From Chiloscyllium plagiosum (Eukaryota), in contig NC_057718.1 in the NCBI RefSeq assembly GCF_004010195.1, forward strand, positions 99,491,273-99,555,272: a stretch of DNA of 64,000 nt. Reading direction: 5' to 3'. The notes under the pieces were generated by a model, which was not told the DNA's origin, did no database searches, and was given only the letters and a program-made list of their open reading frames with translations. A program made the translations under genes and the position numbers. Position 1 is the stretch's first letter; the number at the start of each line of letters is the position of its first letter. Below, piece by piece: positions 36,083 through 49,339 of the stretch.

Positions 36083-38108
36083 CTTGTTTTGAACAGAAGG
36101 CAGTGAAACAATATTATTTGTCCTCTCAGCATCGGATGTACCCTTGGTCACTGCTGCATGCGTTAGATCGACTTTCTCAAGGGTAAACCCAGGGAAAGTG
36201 CTCCTCCTGGATGGAGTTCCTGTGCGGACCAGCTGGCAGGTGTAATCACAGACATCTTCAGCCTCTCCATACTGCGATCTGAAGTCCTCACCTGCTTCAA
36301 GGAGGCCACCATCATCCCAGTGCCAAAGAGAAATCATGTAGCATGCCTCAATGACTACTGCCCAGGGGACTTTAACATCTGCACAAGTCATTCTGCTGTC
36401 ACGCATGTTTGGTTAACATAAATTTGCTATAATACGATAAACAAATTGGGGACACTTTCCCCAAGAGCCAAGTTTTAAAGTGTGTATTGATTGTAACCTG
36501 ATTCCAGCCCCTTTAGTTTAAATGGTGCTGCTATTACGCAATTTTCCCATAACACAGGAGTGCACGAGAATGGAACCACAGCATTTATAGCAGAACTGAC
36601 TGTACACGGTGGCTCATTGGTTAGCACTGCCGCATCACAGCGGCAGCAACCTGGGTTTGATTCCTGCCTCAGGTGACTCTCTGGATTGAGTTTGCACAAT
36701 CTCCCCCCAACTGCGTGAGTTTCCTCTTACAATCCAAAGATGCGCATGCGAGGTGAATTGGCCATGCTATATTGCCCATAGTGTTAGGTGCATTAGTCAG
36801 GGGCAAATACAGAGTAGGGGAATGGGTCTGGGTGGGTTACTCTTTGGAGCGTTGGAACTGTTGGGCCAAAGGGCCTGTTTCCATACTGAAGGGAATCTAA
36901 TCTAAAAATTATGAAGTGCTTTGAGAGATTGGTCATAGCTCACTTCAGCTCCAGCCTCCCAGATTGCTTTGATCATTTGTAATTTGCCTATGGCCCTACA
37001 CTTATTCTGGAACATCTGAACCACAAGGATACCTATGTTGGGCTCCGACTTATTGACTACAGTTTTGCTTCAACACCATAATTTGAAACAAACTCATCTC
37101 CAAACTCACAAGCCAATGTCTGTGTTCCCCTCTCTGTAACTGGATTCTCGATTTCCTGACTGCAGTCAGTAAGAATAGGTGATAATACCTGCTTCACGAT
37201 AACTCTCAACACTGGAACCCGCAAGACTGCACACTCAACCCCCTATTCTTTATACACAATGATTGTGTAGCCAAATTCTGCACCAACTCCATTTACATGT
37301 TTGCTGATGACACCACCGTTGTAGATCGGATCTCAAACAATGACAAGATGGAGCTCAGGAAAAACACTGAGTGTTTAATGTCATGGTTTAAAGACAACAA
37401 TCTCTCCATCGATGTCAGCAAAACAAAGGAGCTGGTCATTGACTTTAGGAAGTATAATGGAGTGCACACCCCTGTCTGCATCAATGGGACTGAGGTGGAG
37501 ATGGTGGAGAGCATCAAGTTCCTGGGAGTGATGATCACCAACAATCTGTCCTGGTTCACCCAGTCATGAAAGCACAGAAATACCTTTACTTCCTTAGAAG
37601 GTTGAGAAAATCCAGCATGCCCACAAAGACACTTCCAAATTTTTAAAGATGCGCCAATCAAAGCATCATATCCGGATGTATCATTGTATGGTATGGCAAC
37701 TTCTCTTCCCAAGACTGAAGGAAACCATAGAGAGAGTTATGAACACAGTCCAGTCCATCATGCAGACCAGCCTTCTGACCAATCATCATAGTCAAAGAGC
37801 CCTCCCACTCCAGTTAAATTCTCTCCAGCCCCTTCCATAGGGCAGAAGATATAAATGTTTGTATACATGTACAAACAGAATCGTGAACAGCTTCTTCCCC
37901 ACTGTTATCAGAATTTTGAATGGACTTTTTTAATGTTAATGTTGATCTCATTCTGCACTTTCTCAGCAGCTGTAACACTGTATCATGCACTCTATTCTGT
38001 TATCCTGATGCACTCGTAAAGTACGATCTGCCTGTAAAGCATATAAGACAACAATTTTCACCATAGCACGGTACGCGTGACAGTAATAAATTAAATCAAA
38101 ATCAAATC
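36083..38108 (+). mobile_element. Rex1/Babar-type LINE RT fragment, interrupted by a MITE (36381-36604) and an HE1-like SINE (36605-36905)
   Basis: FKEATIIPVPKR..CLNDY, IMKCFERLV, FADDTTVVDRISNND..NNLSIDVSKTKELVIDFRK..IKFLGV; AATAAA-(ATCAA)n tail. Confidence 0.85.
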
Positions 38109-38339
38109 AAAGAATATAGGATATTGGTGATGCTACAAATGGCTCTGTCTAGAGTCTTGCAGTCCCAATGTCTGCACCATTGCAGCAGGGTTTTTAGTTT
38201 TGTTCCTAGTATGAGACCCTCTCTTTGCATATGTTTGGAATGTTCCTTGCTTGCTCTAAATAAACATTACACGAGAAATCAATTTTAACCCTTCCGCTCG
38301 CATCATCAGGAAAGGTATAAGTGAAGAGTTAAAGATAAT

Positions 38340-39476
38340 GGGCCGAATCTTACCATATTTTGACAGAATGTAATTTTCATTAGTTTTCAAGAAGGCTTTC
38401 TCTCGGCGAGGCCTGGTGAGACTTTTCATGCTATCATCCTAAACTCGTCTCATTAGCTACCCAATGCTCCCTATTACACTCCTCTCAACTGATGTTAGCC
38501 CGATTCACTCACAGTAGCCAGACGTACTCACTACTGCTGCAATATCCTCAGATTCCTTGTGCTTATACCGTCTTTGAAAGGCTTCTGTGCACCCTGTCAA
38601 GCACTGTCAGTTTGGAGCTGCCCAGCATGGATTGTGACATTCACTCTGGACATGGTGGCCAGGGAGCTGGAGGATGTGGTGATGGGGAAGAAGGCTATCT
38701 TCTTCCCCAGGACTGATAGAGGAGGCCATGACATTCGACTCTGCCTGCTTGTCCAAGGTCGGCATCCTGCTCAGTGTGGTCTCAGCTGTCTAGATGAATA
38801 CAGCAGTATAGGAAGGAAGACAAAGATCTTCTCTGCTCCTGCCTGCTTAACTCCCACCACTTTCTCTCTGTAACTTCACACTCACTATCTCTGCCAATGG
38901 CACATACCTCCCACCAAGCCTCATGCTTTACCATTCTCACTAACGCATGCAATGTTTTCTTTTTATCAGTTGACCTTCCCCACACTCCAACCTCCCAATG
39001 ACGAACCTTACATGACCTCTGGGCTGCCTACTCGCTTATTTGGGACATCTCACCACCTCTGTTTCACCTGCTAAGCTATGCCTTCCACGTTCATCTCACT
39101 CAATCTTTCCCTTTGTCTCATGCCAGTGGGAAAAAGCCCACAGTCGGGCAGAAAGAGTCGGGATAGGCAACAGGACGCTTGGCATTTTGCAACTGACTTC
39201 CCTTGAGGAGACAATCCTGACCGTGACTGTCTGAGTGGCCAAATAACTGAGCCCAAGCCCCTGGACTGATAATAGAGGCTGCCATTGACGTACTGTGCTG
39301 GGAACCCCAATGGAAGGATATCTTCCTCCACTGAGGATAACACACGCCCCCAAGAATTTGAGACACAGCCATTTGATTAAAGCACACACACAGCATATTT
39401 GGTGCATAAGCTGCTGACACATGATGCAGTTATGAAATTGATATAACATGATTCCATATAACAACATGTCCAGCCC
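38340..39476 (+). mobile_element. Decayed PIF/Harbinger-type DNA transposon derivative with Myb/SANT-like remnant
   Basis: Frameshifted peptide ELE.VV..KKAIFFP..TLPA..V..LSVVS.V...QYRKEDKDLL at ~38650-38845; GGGCCGAAT start; right end uncertain. Confidence 0.5.
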
Positions 39477-39771
39477 CTTGACTGATGATCACTGACGACC
39501 ACAACAGTCTTTCTGGCTTTGTGGCTAAAGCCAATTCAAGACAGAAGTACTTTGTGCCTCTGGGCATTAAGGATCCCATGACTTTCTATGGGATTACCTG
39601 TCTTGTCAATGTGTTTTTGGGTAAAATGTTTATTTTGAACCCGGTTACATTCTTGCTAACAGTAGTCTTGCTTTGAAACACAGTGATTATTATGTTAAGA
39701 GTTAACTGTCTTGTCCTTGATGAATAATTAATTGAATAGCTCCTGGACGATATATGCTAATAGTGGATGGA

Positions 39772-40052
39772 TGTGGACGTAGGTTTGCTCGCTGAGCTGG
39801 AAGGTTCATTTCCAGACATAACATTACCTTACTAGGTAACATCTTCCGTGGGTCTCAGGTGAAGCACTGCTGATAATTCCTGCTTTCTGTTTATATGTTT
39901 GGGTTTCTTTGGGTTGGTGATGTCATTTTCTGTGGTAATGTCATTTCCTGTGGTGAAGTCACTTCCTGTTCTTTTTCTCAGGGGGTGGTAGATGGGGTCT
40001 AACTCAATGTGTTTGTTGATAGAGTTCTGGATGGAACGCCGTACTTCTAGGA
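39772..40052 (-). mobile_element. Penelope-like element 3' end (decayed hammerhead)
   Basis: Homologous to 35111-35362; peptide ILEVRRSIQNSINKHIELDPIYHPLRKRTG. Confidence 0.85.
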
Positions 40053-41339
40053 TGCTTATAATGCTTACAACAAAGGAAAATAACAATGGTATTTTCTAAG
40101 CGAATTATTCTTACCTTTTTATAATTACTAAGTTCTGGGCCCTCTCCAGAATAGTTTCAGCATTAGGTCAAAATATGTTTTAATTAAGATTTATTAATTA
40201 ATTGCCCACTTAAATCACCATTTGACTCCACATTCTCACAGAGCAGCATTTATTACTCATCTGATGTCTCCACAAACTCACGTCTCAATTTCACTTCAGG
40301 CAAGAAATTATTGTCCTAGTGTTTAATCTATTAACATGAAGTCAGAACTAGATAGAATTCCCACTATATAATTACTGACAACTTTGTTGTTTAGTTAAAG
40401 TTTAGCAAATACTCATCCATAATTGCCACGGAGCACAGGGGAGGCCGAGATGTTAAATGTCTTCAAGGCAAAGATTGATAAATACTTGATCTCGCAAGAA
40501 ATTATGGGCTACGGGGAGAGTGCGGGTCAGTGGAGTTGAAATGCCCGTCAGCCATGATCGCATGGTGGAGTGGACTCGATGGGCCGAATGGCCTTACTTC
40601 CACTCCTATGTCAGGAGGAACAGGAACAGACACTTCAGCCCACCATGTCTGTACTGACAATGATGCCATTCTAAATTAATCCCCTCTGCTTGCACATGGT
40701 CCATATTCCTGTATTCTCTACCTGATCATGTCTGTCTAAATGCCTGTTAGATATTATTATGGTATCAGCTTCCACCACCTTCTACTATTCTCTGTGTAAA
40801 ACACTTGCCTCTTGAACTTTCCCCTTCTCACCTTAAATCTACGCCCCCTTGTCTTTGACATTTCCACTCTGAGAAAAGTACTCTGGTGACTATCCATGCT
40901 ATCCTCGCCTCCCATGATTTCTAAGATTAGATTAGATTACCTACAGTGTGGAAACAGGCCCTTCGGCCTAACAAGTCCACACTGACCCTCCGAAGGGTCA
41001 CAGGCTTAACTGAAACGTAGTAGACCCTGAGGGAAGTTGACTGGGAAGATGCTAAAAGGATGTTTCCCCTCATGGGACAGACTAGAATCAAGGACACAGT
41101 TTAAAACAAAAGGGTCTCCCCGCTAAGATGGAGATGAGGAGATCCACTTCTTTCTCTCAGAGAGCTGTCTGGCTTTGGAATTGTCTCCCACAGCGTGTCC
41201 TGAAGGCAGGGTCACTAAAGTAATTCAAAGCAAAGTTAGGTTTTTGACAAACAAGGGGAGTCATGGGTCATGAGGGACAATCAGAAAAGTGGGTGGGGGG
41301 GGGTTTGCATCACAATCAGATCAGCCATCTCTTATAGAA

Positions 41340-41590
41340 TAACACAGAGCTTGCTGGAGAAACTCAGCAGGTGTGGCTGCATCTGTGGGGAGAGAGAGGA
41401 ACAGAGTTAACGTTTGGAGTTTGGTATGACTTTTCTTCTGTACTGAAGTGTTCTGAAGGAAACATCCTGAAGAAGAGTCATACCAGACTCCAAACGTTAA
41501 CTCTGTTCCTCTCTCTCCACAGATGTTGAGTTTCTCCAGCAATCTCTGTGCTTTGTGTTGGATTTCCAGCACCCACAGTATGCTGCTTTT
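41340..41590. mobile_element. Head-to-head PLE-derived short elements
   Basis: Plus half carries CTGAAGA-A-GAGTC ATACCA GACTC-CAAACGTT (core G12 mutated); minus half is its reverse complement. Confidence 0.7.
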
Positions 41591-42469
41591 ATTGAAGTAT
41601 AGGGCAGGCTCTGAAGGCCAAATGGCCTCATCCTCCTGTTCCCCTTGATCCTGTGTTCCGATGACGTCTCCTTGTCAAAATGAGGACAATACCCGAGCAA
41701 GCTAATTTGCTACTTAAGGAAATGTAGCGCATTTAAGATTACTAATTGGTTGCAGTTAGTCATAGCTCTGAGGAAAAGCTAGGAAGCTATTCCAAAAGAT
41801 TCCAAGCAGTGAAAATCAGGTCATTGTAGCCTTCTGTGCTCAGGACCTAGCGATTTTCATAAATGCTGTGATTCGGAAATGAATGTTTACTCACCTCCGC
41901 TGTTAACAAACTGGAATGATGCTATCATTTCCTTTTGATGTGAGGGGATTCTAAACTGAGACAGGGCTATTTAAAACTGTCAGCAGATGTTTAATCTTCC
42001 ACAAAAACAGAAGATTGAGAAAGAAAAATGTTTATATAGTCCTTACAGGATATTCCATCGTTTGCTCCCTATTTTGGCCTTGCAGGTTTATGCTTTAATC
42101 AATTTCAAACTAAAAGAACACAACAGAAGCGGTAGTTCAAAGGTTGGCTTTATAAATCTCCCATTCACTCAGCTACTGAGCCATAACTCTGCAGGAAAAT
42201 AAGAAAATAAACAATATTATTAGTTATTCTAATTTCCACCATTGCCTCCTTTCTAACCACTTCCTTACAAGACTTCCCCACCACTTTTACAGTGAGAAAA
42301 TGTTATTTTCCGAAGTTTTGGTTTTCAGTTTGACGTACATCTTCCTAGCCCAGCCCTCCTCTTCCCCACAGCCCATCTTCTTTCACCCCTTTCCAGGGAT
42401 CAGTGAACCCGTTGGTGTGCTCTTGCCCCACCACATCACTCTTCACAGGGGGGGCATTAAACGAAACAG

Positions 42470-43530
42470 ACATTGAAAATAGAAGTAGGCCATTCAGCCC
42501 TTCGAGCCTGCTCCACCATTCAATATGACCATGGCTGATCATCCAACTCAGTCCCCTGTTCCCACTTGCTCCCCATATCCTTTCACCCCGTTAGCTCCAA
42601 GAAATATATCTAACTCCTTCTTGGAAACATTCAATGTTTTGGCCTCAACCACTGTCTGTGGCAGAGGATTTCACAGGCTCACCGCTCTTTGGGTGAAGAC
42701 GTTTAGAATCCCTACAGCATGGAAACAGGCCCTTCGGCCCAACAATTCCAGGCTGACCCTGCAAAGACTAACCCACCCAAACCCATTCCTCTACCCTACC
42801 CTACCCTATTACTCTACTTTTAACCCTGATCAATGCACCTAACCTACACATCCCTGAGCACTATGGGGCAATTTAGCACAGCCAATTCACCTGACCTGCA
42901 CGTCTTTGGACTGTGGGAGGAAACTGGAGCACCCGGAGGAAACCCACGCAGACACGGGGGAGAATGTTCCTGATGAAGAGCTTATACCAGAAACGTTGAT
43001 TCTCCTGCTCCTCGGATGCTGCCTGACCGGCTGTGTTTTCCCAGCATCACACTTGTCAACTCTGATCGCCAGCATCTGCAGTCCTCACTCTTTCCTTCCC
43101 AGGAATCAATCTGGTGAACCTTGATTGCACTTCCTTCATGGTCAGAACATCCTTCCTCAGATAAGGAGCCCAAACCTGCTCACAATACTCCAGTTATGGT
43201 CTCATCAAGGCCCTGTAAATTGCAGTAAGATATCCTCGCCCCTATACATTGCAAAGGTCAACTCACCATTTACCTTCTTCACCACCTGCTGCCCCTGCAC
43301 TTTCAGTGACTGGTGAACAAGGGAACCCAGGTCCCCCTTTCCCAATCTGTCGCCATTTAGATAATAAGCTGCCTTCCTGATTTTGTTACCAGAGTGGACA
43401 ACCCTACGTTTATCCACAATACACTTCGTCATTCTCCCTGCCATGTATGTGTCCACTCACTCAACTTGACCCAATCACATTGAAGTATCTCTGCGTCCTC
43501 CCCACAGTTCTCCCTCTCACCCAGCTCTGT
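42470..43530 (-). mobile_element. CR1 LINE fragment with nested HE1-like SINE (42704-42966) and PLE end (42967-43095)
   Basis: CR1 RT-end peptide (YYLNGDRL..DLGSLVHQSLKV..VVKKVNG); SINE V-domain; CTGATGA..GAAACGTT remnant. Confidence 0.8.
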
Positions 43531-43644
43531 GTGGTCTCTCAGTACTGCAGCATTGTGGTTCTGGTTATGGGCTGGTAATCCGATCAGTTGACCTTGCAGC
43601 CTGCCAATGTAGGTAAGAGAGCTATACGCGCAGAGCTACACCTG

Positions 43645-44197
43645 AGTCATAGGGTCATACAGCACAGAAACAGACTCTTTGTTCCAACCAGTCCATGCTA
43701 AATGTAATCCCAAACTAAACTAGTCACACCTCCCTGCTCCCGGCCCATAACCCTCCAAACCTTCCCTATTCATGTATTTATCCAAATGTCCTTTAAATGT
43801 AATTGTACCACATCCACCACTTCCTCTGGAAGTTCATTCCACACACGAACCACTCTCTGTTTAAAAAAAGTTGCCCCTCATGTCCTTTTTAAATCTTCCT
43901 CCTCTCACCTTAAAACTATGACCGTTAGACTTGAAATCCCCCATACTAGAGAAAAGACACCAACCATTCACCTTATCTATAACCCTAATTATTTTATCAA
44001 TCTCTGTTAGGTCACCCCTCAACCTCTTACTTCACAATGTAAAAAGTTCCAGCCTATCTAACCTCTCATTATAACTCAAGCCCCCCATTCCTGGTGAGAT
44101 CCTGGTAAATCTTTCCTGAACCTTCTCCAACTGAATAATATCATTCCTATAACAGGGAGACCAGAACAGAACACAATAGTCCAGAAGAGGTTTCACC
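43645..44197 (-). mobile_element. CR1 3' fragment
   Basis: VKPLLDYCVLFWSPCYRNDIIQLEKVQERFTR peptide. Confidence 0.88.
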
Positions 44198-45025
44198 TGA
44201 GAGCTCACACAAACATTGATCTCGACATCAATAGTCACACCTTGTGAGTGAGTTGAAAAGCCCCTCCCCTGCACCTTCAATACCTTTCCAGACGTGCTAA
44301 CGTAGACTACCATCAACTCCAGGCCCTTTGATGTGATCAGTAGAAGGTCCAGAGCTGACCCAACAGGAAGCTTTTGCAACCCAGAGGTTAGTGGGTGTCT
44401 GGGATTCACTAGCCGGTGTGCTGGTTAAGGTAAAAACTCTCAGATCACTTTAAGGGACATGGAACACACTGCCTGAGGGGGTGGTAGAGGAAAATCCTCT
44501 CGCAATATTTGAGAAGCTTCTGGTGAGAACTTAAAATGCCAGGGTATGGACGAAGTGCAGGTAAATGGGATTAATGCAGTTTGGTATTTTTGGTCAGCAC
44601 ACACAGGGTGGATCGAAGGGCCTGTTTCTGTGCTGCACGGCTCTATGACTGCATGGACCTGCCCCTGAAGATCTGTAATGTGCAAGGCTACGAGACAAGT
44701 GCTAGAAGGTGGGATTAGGATGGCTGGCTTGTTAATTCAGCTCAATGGCTTCTTCCTGTGCCGTAGTCTGTCTATGATTCCAAACCTGGACCATCAGAAG
44801 GGCAATCCTCAGTCTGCTCAGCTTCACAACCACCTTCAGCTTGGATTATATCTTGTCCGTCTCTCTGATTTTTGTAGGTGGGCTGTATAGCAAACCATGT
44901 ACGTGATGGCTCAGTCCAGGGAGATGATTACCTCACCCGTTTCCTGCAACATCCACCTCCATCCGCCCAATCGCAGCCAGCCCTCCATCAGGGAACGGAG
45001 AGATTGTGTGGACCGCTTCACCAGC

Positions 45026-45660
45026 CATAGAGTCACAGAGAGATACAGCACGGAAACAGACCCTTCGGTCCAACCCATCCATGCCGACCAGATATCCCAA
45101 CCCAATCTTGTCCCACCTGCCAGCACCCGGCCCATATCCCTCCAAACCCTTCCTATTCATATACCCATCCAAATGCCTCTTAAATGTTGCAATTGTACCA
45201 GCCTCCACCACTTCCTCTGGCAGCTTATTCTATACACGTACCACCCTCTGTGTGAAAATATTGCTTCTTAGGTCTCTTTTATATCTTTCCCCTCTCACTC
45301 TAAACCTATGCCCTCAAGTTCTGGACTCCCCCACCCCAGGGAAAAGGCATTGTCTATTTATCCTATCCACACCCCTCATGATTTTACAAACCTCTATAAG
45401 GTCACCCCTCAGCCTCTAACGCTCCAGGGAAAACAGCGCCAGCCTGTTCAGCCTCTCCCCATAGCACAAATCCTCCAACCCTGGCAACATCCTTGTAAAT
45501 CTTTTCTGAACCCTTTCAAGTTTCACAACATCTTTCCAATAGGAAGGAGACTAGAATTGCACGCAATATTCCAACAGTGGCCTAACCCATGACCTGTACA
45601 GCCGCAACATGACCTCCCAACTCCTGGACTCAATACTCTGACCAATAAAGGAAAGCATAC
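45026..45660 (-). mobile_element. CR1/HER1 3' fragment
   Basis: LSFIGQSIESRSWEVMLRLY..LEYCVQF and standard tail. Confidence 0.92.
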
Positions 45661-45917
45661 TAGAAGAAGGGCTGCCTTCTGAAAACTGTACCCTCTTCAC
45701 ATCTATCGAGAGGGGAGCCTGTAAGAAGCTGCAACACAAGCAGGAATTACTGGGTAAACTCAGCAGGCCTTGTAGTGTCTGTGGAGAGAGAAAGCAGAAT
45801 TAGCATTTCAGGTCCAGTGACCCTTCCTCGGAATTTCAGTTCTCTGAGTTTTCCCAGCAATTTCAGTTTTTGTTCCTGATTTCCACTGTCTGCAGTTCGG
45901 TTAGTGTTTTTTTAGTG

Positions 45918-46150
45918 TAGAGAAAAAGTCTGCAGATGCTGGAATCCAAGGTAGACATCAGGAGCTTGGAAGAACACAGCAAGCCAGGCAGCGTCAGGAG
46001 GTGGAGAAGCCAATGTTTCGGGTGTAACCCTTCCTCAGAACTGGGGGTGGGTGTAAGGGAAGCTGCAGATAAAGGGGTTGGGGGGAGGGGTTTGGGTGGA
46101 GAGAGGGGCGGAGTGGTGATGTAGTGATAGGTGAACACAGGTAGAGTGAA
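45918..46150 (-). mobile_element. PLE 3' end, another family, with hammerhead-like core at 46012-46038
   Basis: Reverse complement reads CTGAGGA-A-GGGT TAC ACCC-GAAACATT, followed by GACTCCAGCATCTGCAG-type terminus. Confidence 0.7.
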
Positions 46151-48054
46151 CAGCCTGGTCTGTTGATGGGACTACTCCTTCTCCTGTTGATGCTTGGCTT
46201 ACTGTGATCGTCCAGCCTCTTTCTCCGTTCAGAAAGCATCCTGGATCTGACAAACCTTTGCTGCCCTGTGACCCCACTAATTGAAGCATGGAGAATTAAT
46301 TTGCCCTGCTGTGTTTTATTCCTCCGTGCATTGGTGTATTGTGGTGTGCTGCAAGTCGCTGATATTAATGATAATTCCACTGGTACCGTAATCCCAGAGA
46401 CCCAGCCTAATACTCTGGGGCAAGAGTTCAGATCGCAAGCAACCATTAGTGAAATCTGAATCCAAATAAATAAATGTGGAGTGTAAAGTGGCAACGAAGG
46501 TAACTATTGTCAAAAAAAAATAAGTTTATTCATGTCCCTTTGGGGAAAGAAATCTGCCACCCTTACTTGGCCTGGTCAACGTCCGCAGTCTGATTCTTGT
46601 AGGTGGGGTGTGGATCTGACCCTTCAGCTAACAGGTCAGTCAATAGAGACGTGATCAACTTTTAACTATCTTCTGCCCACTCAGTTAAAGAGGTTGCAAG
46701 TGCTGGGCTTGCCAGGGGATGCCACAATCCCATGAAAGAATAAAGATTAAGCAACATTGACTGAATCTATTGATGTACGGAGCACACCTTCTCACAGGCC
46801 ATCCTCAATTGTGTGGTTTTTTTATACATTAAAGCTGATATCAGGAAATTAGGAACATTTACCTAAGCATAAATTGAATGCACGTGCGCGATTCTTTTTT
46901 CTGATGCCTTCCCCAAGGCAATCTTGGGATTCCGGTAACCATGGTGACCAATGGGTGGTAAGTCTTCAAGCTGAGGACTTAATTTAGACACTCCCCACTT
47001 CACATCACTCACAGTATTCAGCAGACCAGCGCCAAAGGAGTATCACAATTATTGTCAGCCGGGTAATTTCTGAACGCTGGAAGCAAGTTAGGCCTATCTT
47101 AAACAATAATAGACGTTGCTGGAAATACTCGCCAGGTCTGTCAGCAACTGTGAAGAGAAATCAGTGTTAACGTTTCGGGTCACCGATTTCTCTCCACAGA
47201 CGCTGCCAGACCCGCTGAGCTTTTCTGGCAACTTCTGTTTTTGTTTCTGATTTACACATCCACAGTCCTTTCCGGTTTTACTCAGGCCTACCATATTCTG
47301 GCTGCTTGCATCACCTTAATGGCCATCAAATTGCTCCGGGGGATTGCAAGTTTTATTGGAGAGGGACGGTCATCAACTGTAGTGTAACTTTGAGAACAAC
47401 ACAAGTCCACATAGGACACAAACCCTTACACCTTGTCCAGTCAATACGGCTTTTAAAAGTGCATTAACGCTCCAATTATTTATGAAAAAAAAAGCAAAAA
47501 TTAAGCTGGTAGGGAAAGTAAAGGGTCCTCTGGCGATATGTATATTTAGTAAAATCACAGAATCTTTACGGTGCAAACGAAGGCCTTTCAATCCATCATG
47601 CCCGCTCGATTTTATCCCCTAGTGTCAGTTTCCTGCCTTCACCACATACCCCTGCATAGCATTACTAACCAAATGCTTCAATGTGTTTTACTGATTCAAT
47701 TGACTTGAAGTTGTGATTGATGGGACCTCACAGCACAGATGGAGGCCTTTCAGTCTCTCAGGTCCATCTGTTAGACTATCCAATCAGTCCCCCACTCCTC
47801 ACAGCTGTGCCTAGTTTTCCGTTTCAAGTACTAACCTCATTCCCTTGCCAAAGTAACTGCAGAATGTTGGCAACGTATCCCTCACTGTACCAGGAAGCCG
47901 GTTCAATTCCTGCCTGGAGTGACTGTGTGGAGTTTACACATTCTCCCTGTGTCTGCGTGGGTTTCCTCTGGCTACTCTGGTTTCATTCCATAGAGGTGCA
48001 GGTTAAGTGGATTGGCCATGGTAAACTACCCCCAATGTTCAGGGATGTGTAGGC

Positions 48055-48522
48055 TAGCTCCAATAACATTGAAGAAGCTGATGCCATTCAGGGACAAAGT
48101 AGCCCCCACTTGATTGGCACCACATCCTCAAGCATCCACTCCCTCCACCACTGACACTCAGTAGCAGCAGTGTGTACTATCTACAAAATGCACTGCAAAA
48201 CATTCACCAAAGACACTTAGACAGTGCCTTCCAAACCCATGACCACTTCCATCAAGAAGGACAAGGGCAGCAGATACATGGGAACACCCCCACCTTCAAG
48301 TTCCCTCCAAGCCACTCCCCATTCTGACTTGGAAATATATCGCTGTTCCTTCGCTGTCGTTGGGTCAAAATCTTGGAATTCCCTCCCAGAGGGCATTGTG
48401 GGTCAGCCCACAGCAAATGGACTGCAGCAGTTCAAGAAGGCACCTCACCCCCATCTTCTCAAGGGGCAGCTAGGGACGGGCAATAAATGCTGACACAGCC
48501 AACAATGTCCATATCCCACATT
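48055..48522 (+). mobile_element. Second CR1-group LINE family 3' end
   Basis: Homologous to 7355-7755; tail GGGACGGGCAATAAATGCTG. Confidence 0.82.
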
Positions 48523-49105
48523 GAGTCATAGAGCTGTACAGCACAGTCAACTAAATTAATCTAATCCCATTTGCTAGCATTGACCAATATCCCTCTAAAC
48601 CCTTCCTATTCATATACCCATCCAGATACCTTTTAAATGTTGTAACTATACCAGCCTCCATCATTTCCTCTGGCAGCTCACTCCATACACGCACCATCCT
48701 CTGTGTGAAAAAATTGCCCCTTAGATCCCTTTTATATCTTTCCCCTCTTACCCTAAACCTATGCCCTCTAGTTCTGGACTCACACCTCAGGCAAAAGATT
48801 TTGTCTATTTATCCTATCCATGTCCCACATGATTTTATAAACCACTATAAAGTCACCCTTCAACTTCCGACGCTCCAGGGAAAACAGCCCAGCCTGTTAA
48901 GCCTCTCCCTGTAGCTCAGATCCTCCAACCCTGGCAACATCCTTGTGAATCTTCTCTGAATCCTTTTAAGTTTAACAATAACCTTCCGATAGGAGGGTGA
49001 CTAGAATTGCACGCAATATTCCAAAAGTGGCCTAACCAATGTCCTGTACAGCCGCAACATGACCTCCCAACTCCTGTTCTCAATGCTGTGACCAATAAAG
49101 GAAAG
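48523..49105 (-). mobile_element. CR1/HER1 3' fragment
   Basis: RSWEVMLRLYRTLVRPLLEYCVQF peptide. Confidence 0.9.
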
Positions 49106-49339
49106 TGTGTCAAATAAAAAAAGTGCTTCAGGAATGAGGATGGGAAAGACTGGCAATGCCTTTAATGTTCGAAGGCATGTAGGAGAGAAGACTGAATTCT
49201 CCAAAAATTATCATAACGTCCAACTAGTTCATTCTACTCATGACGTTACAGAAGTTGAAGTCAAGTAGGGGAACGTGGTTGGTTTCAGTTTGAATGCATT
49301 CACTTTAGCGAGATAAATAAAAACCAGCAGCCTTTTGAA

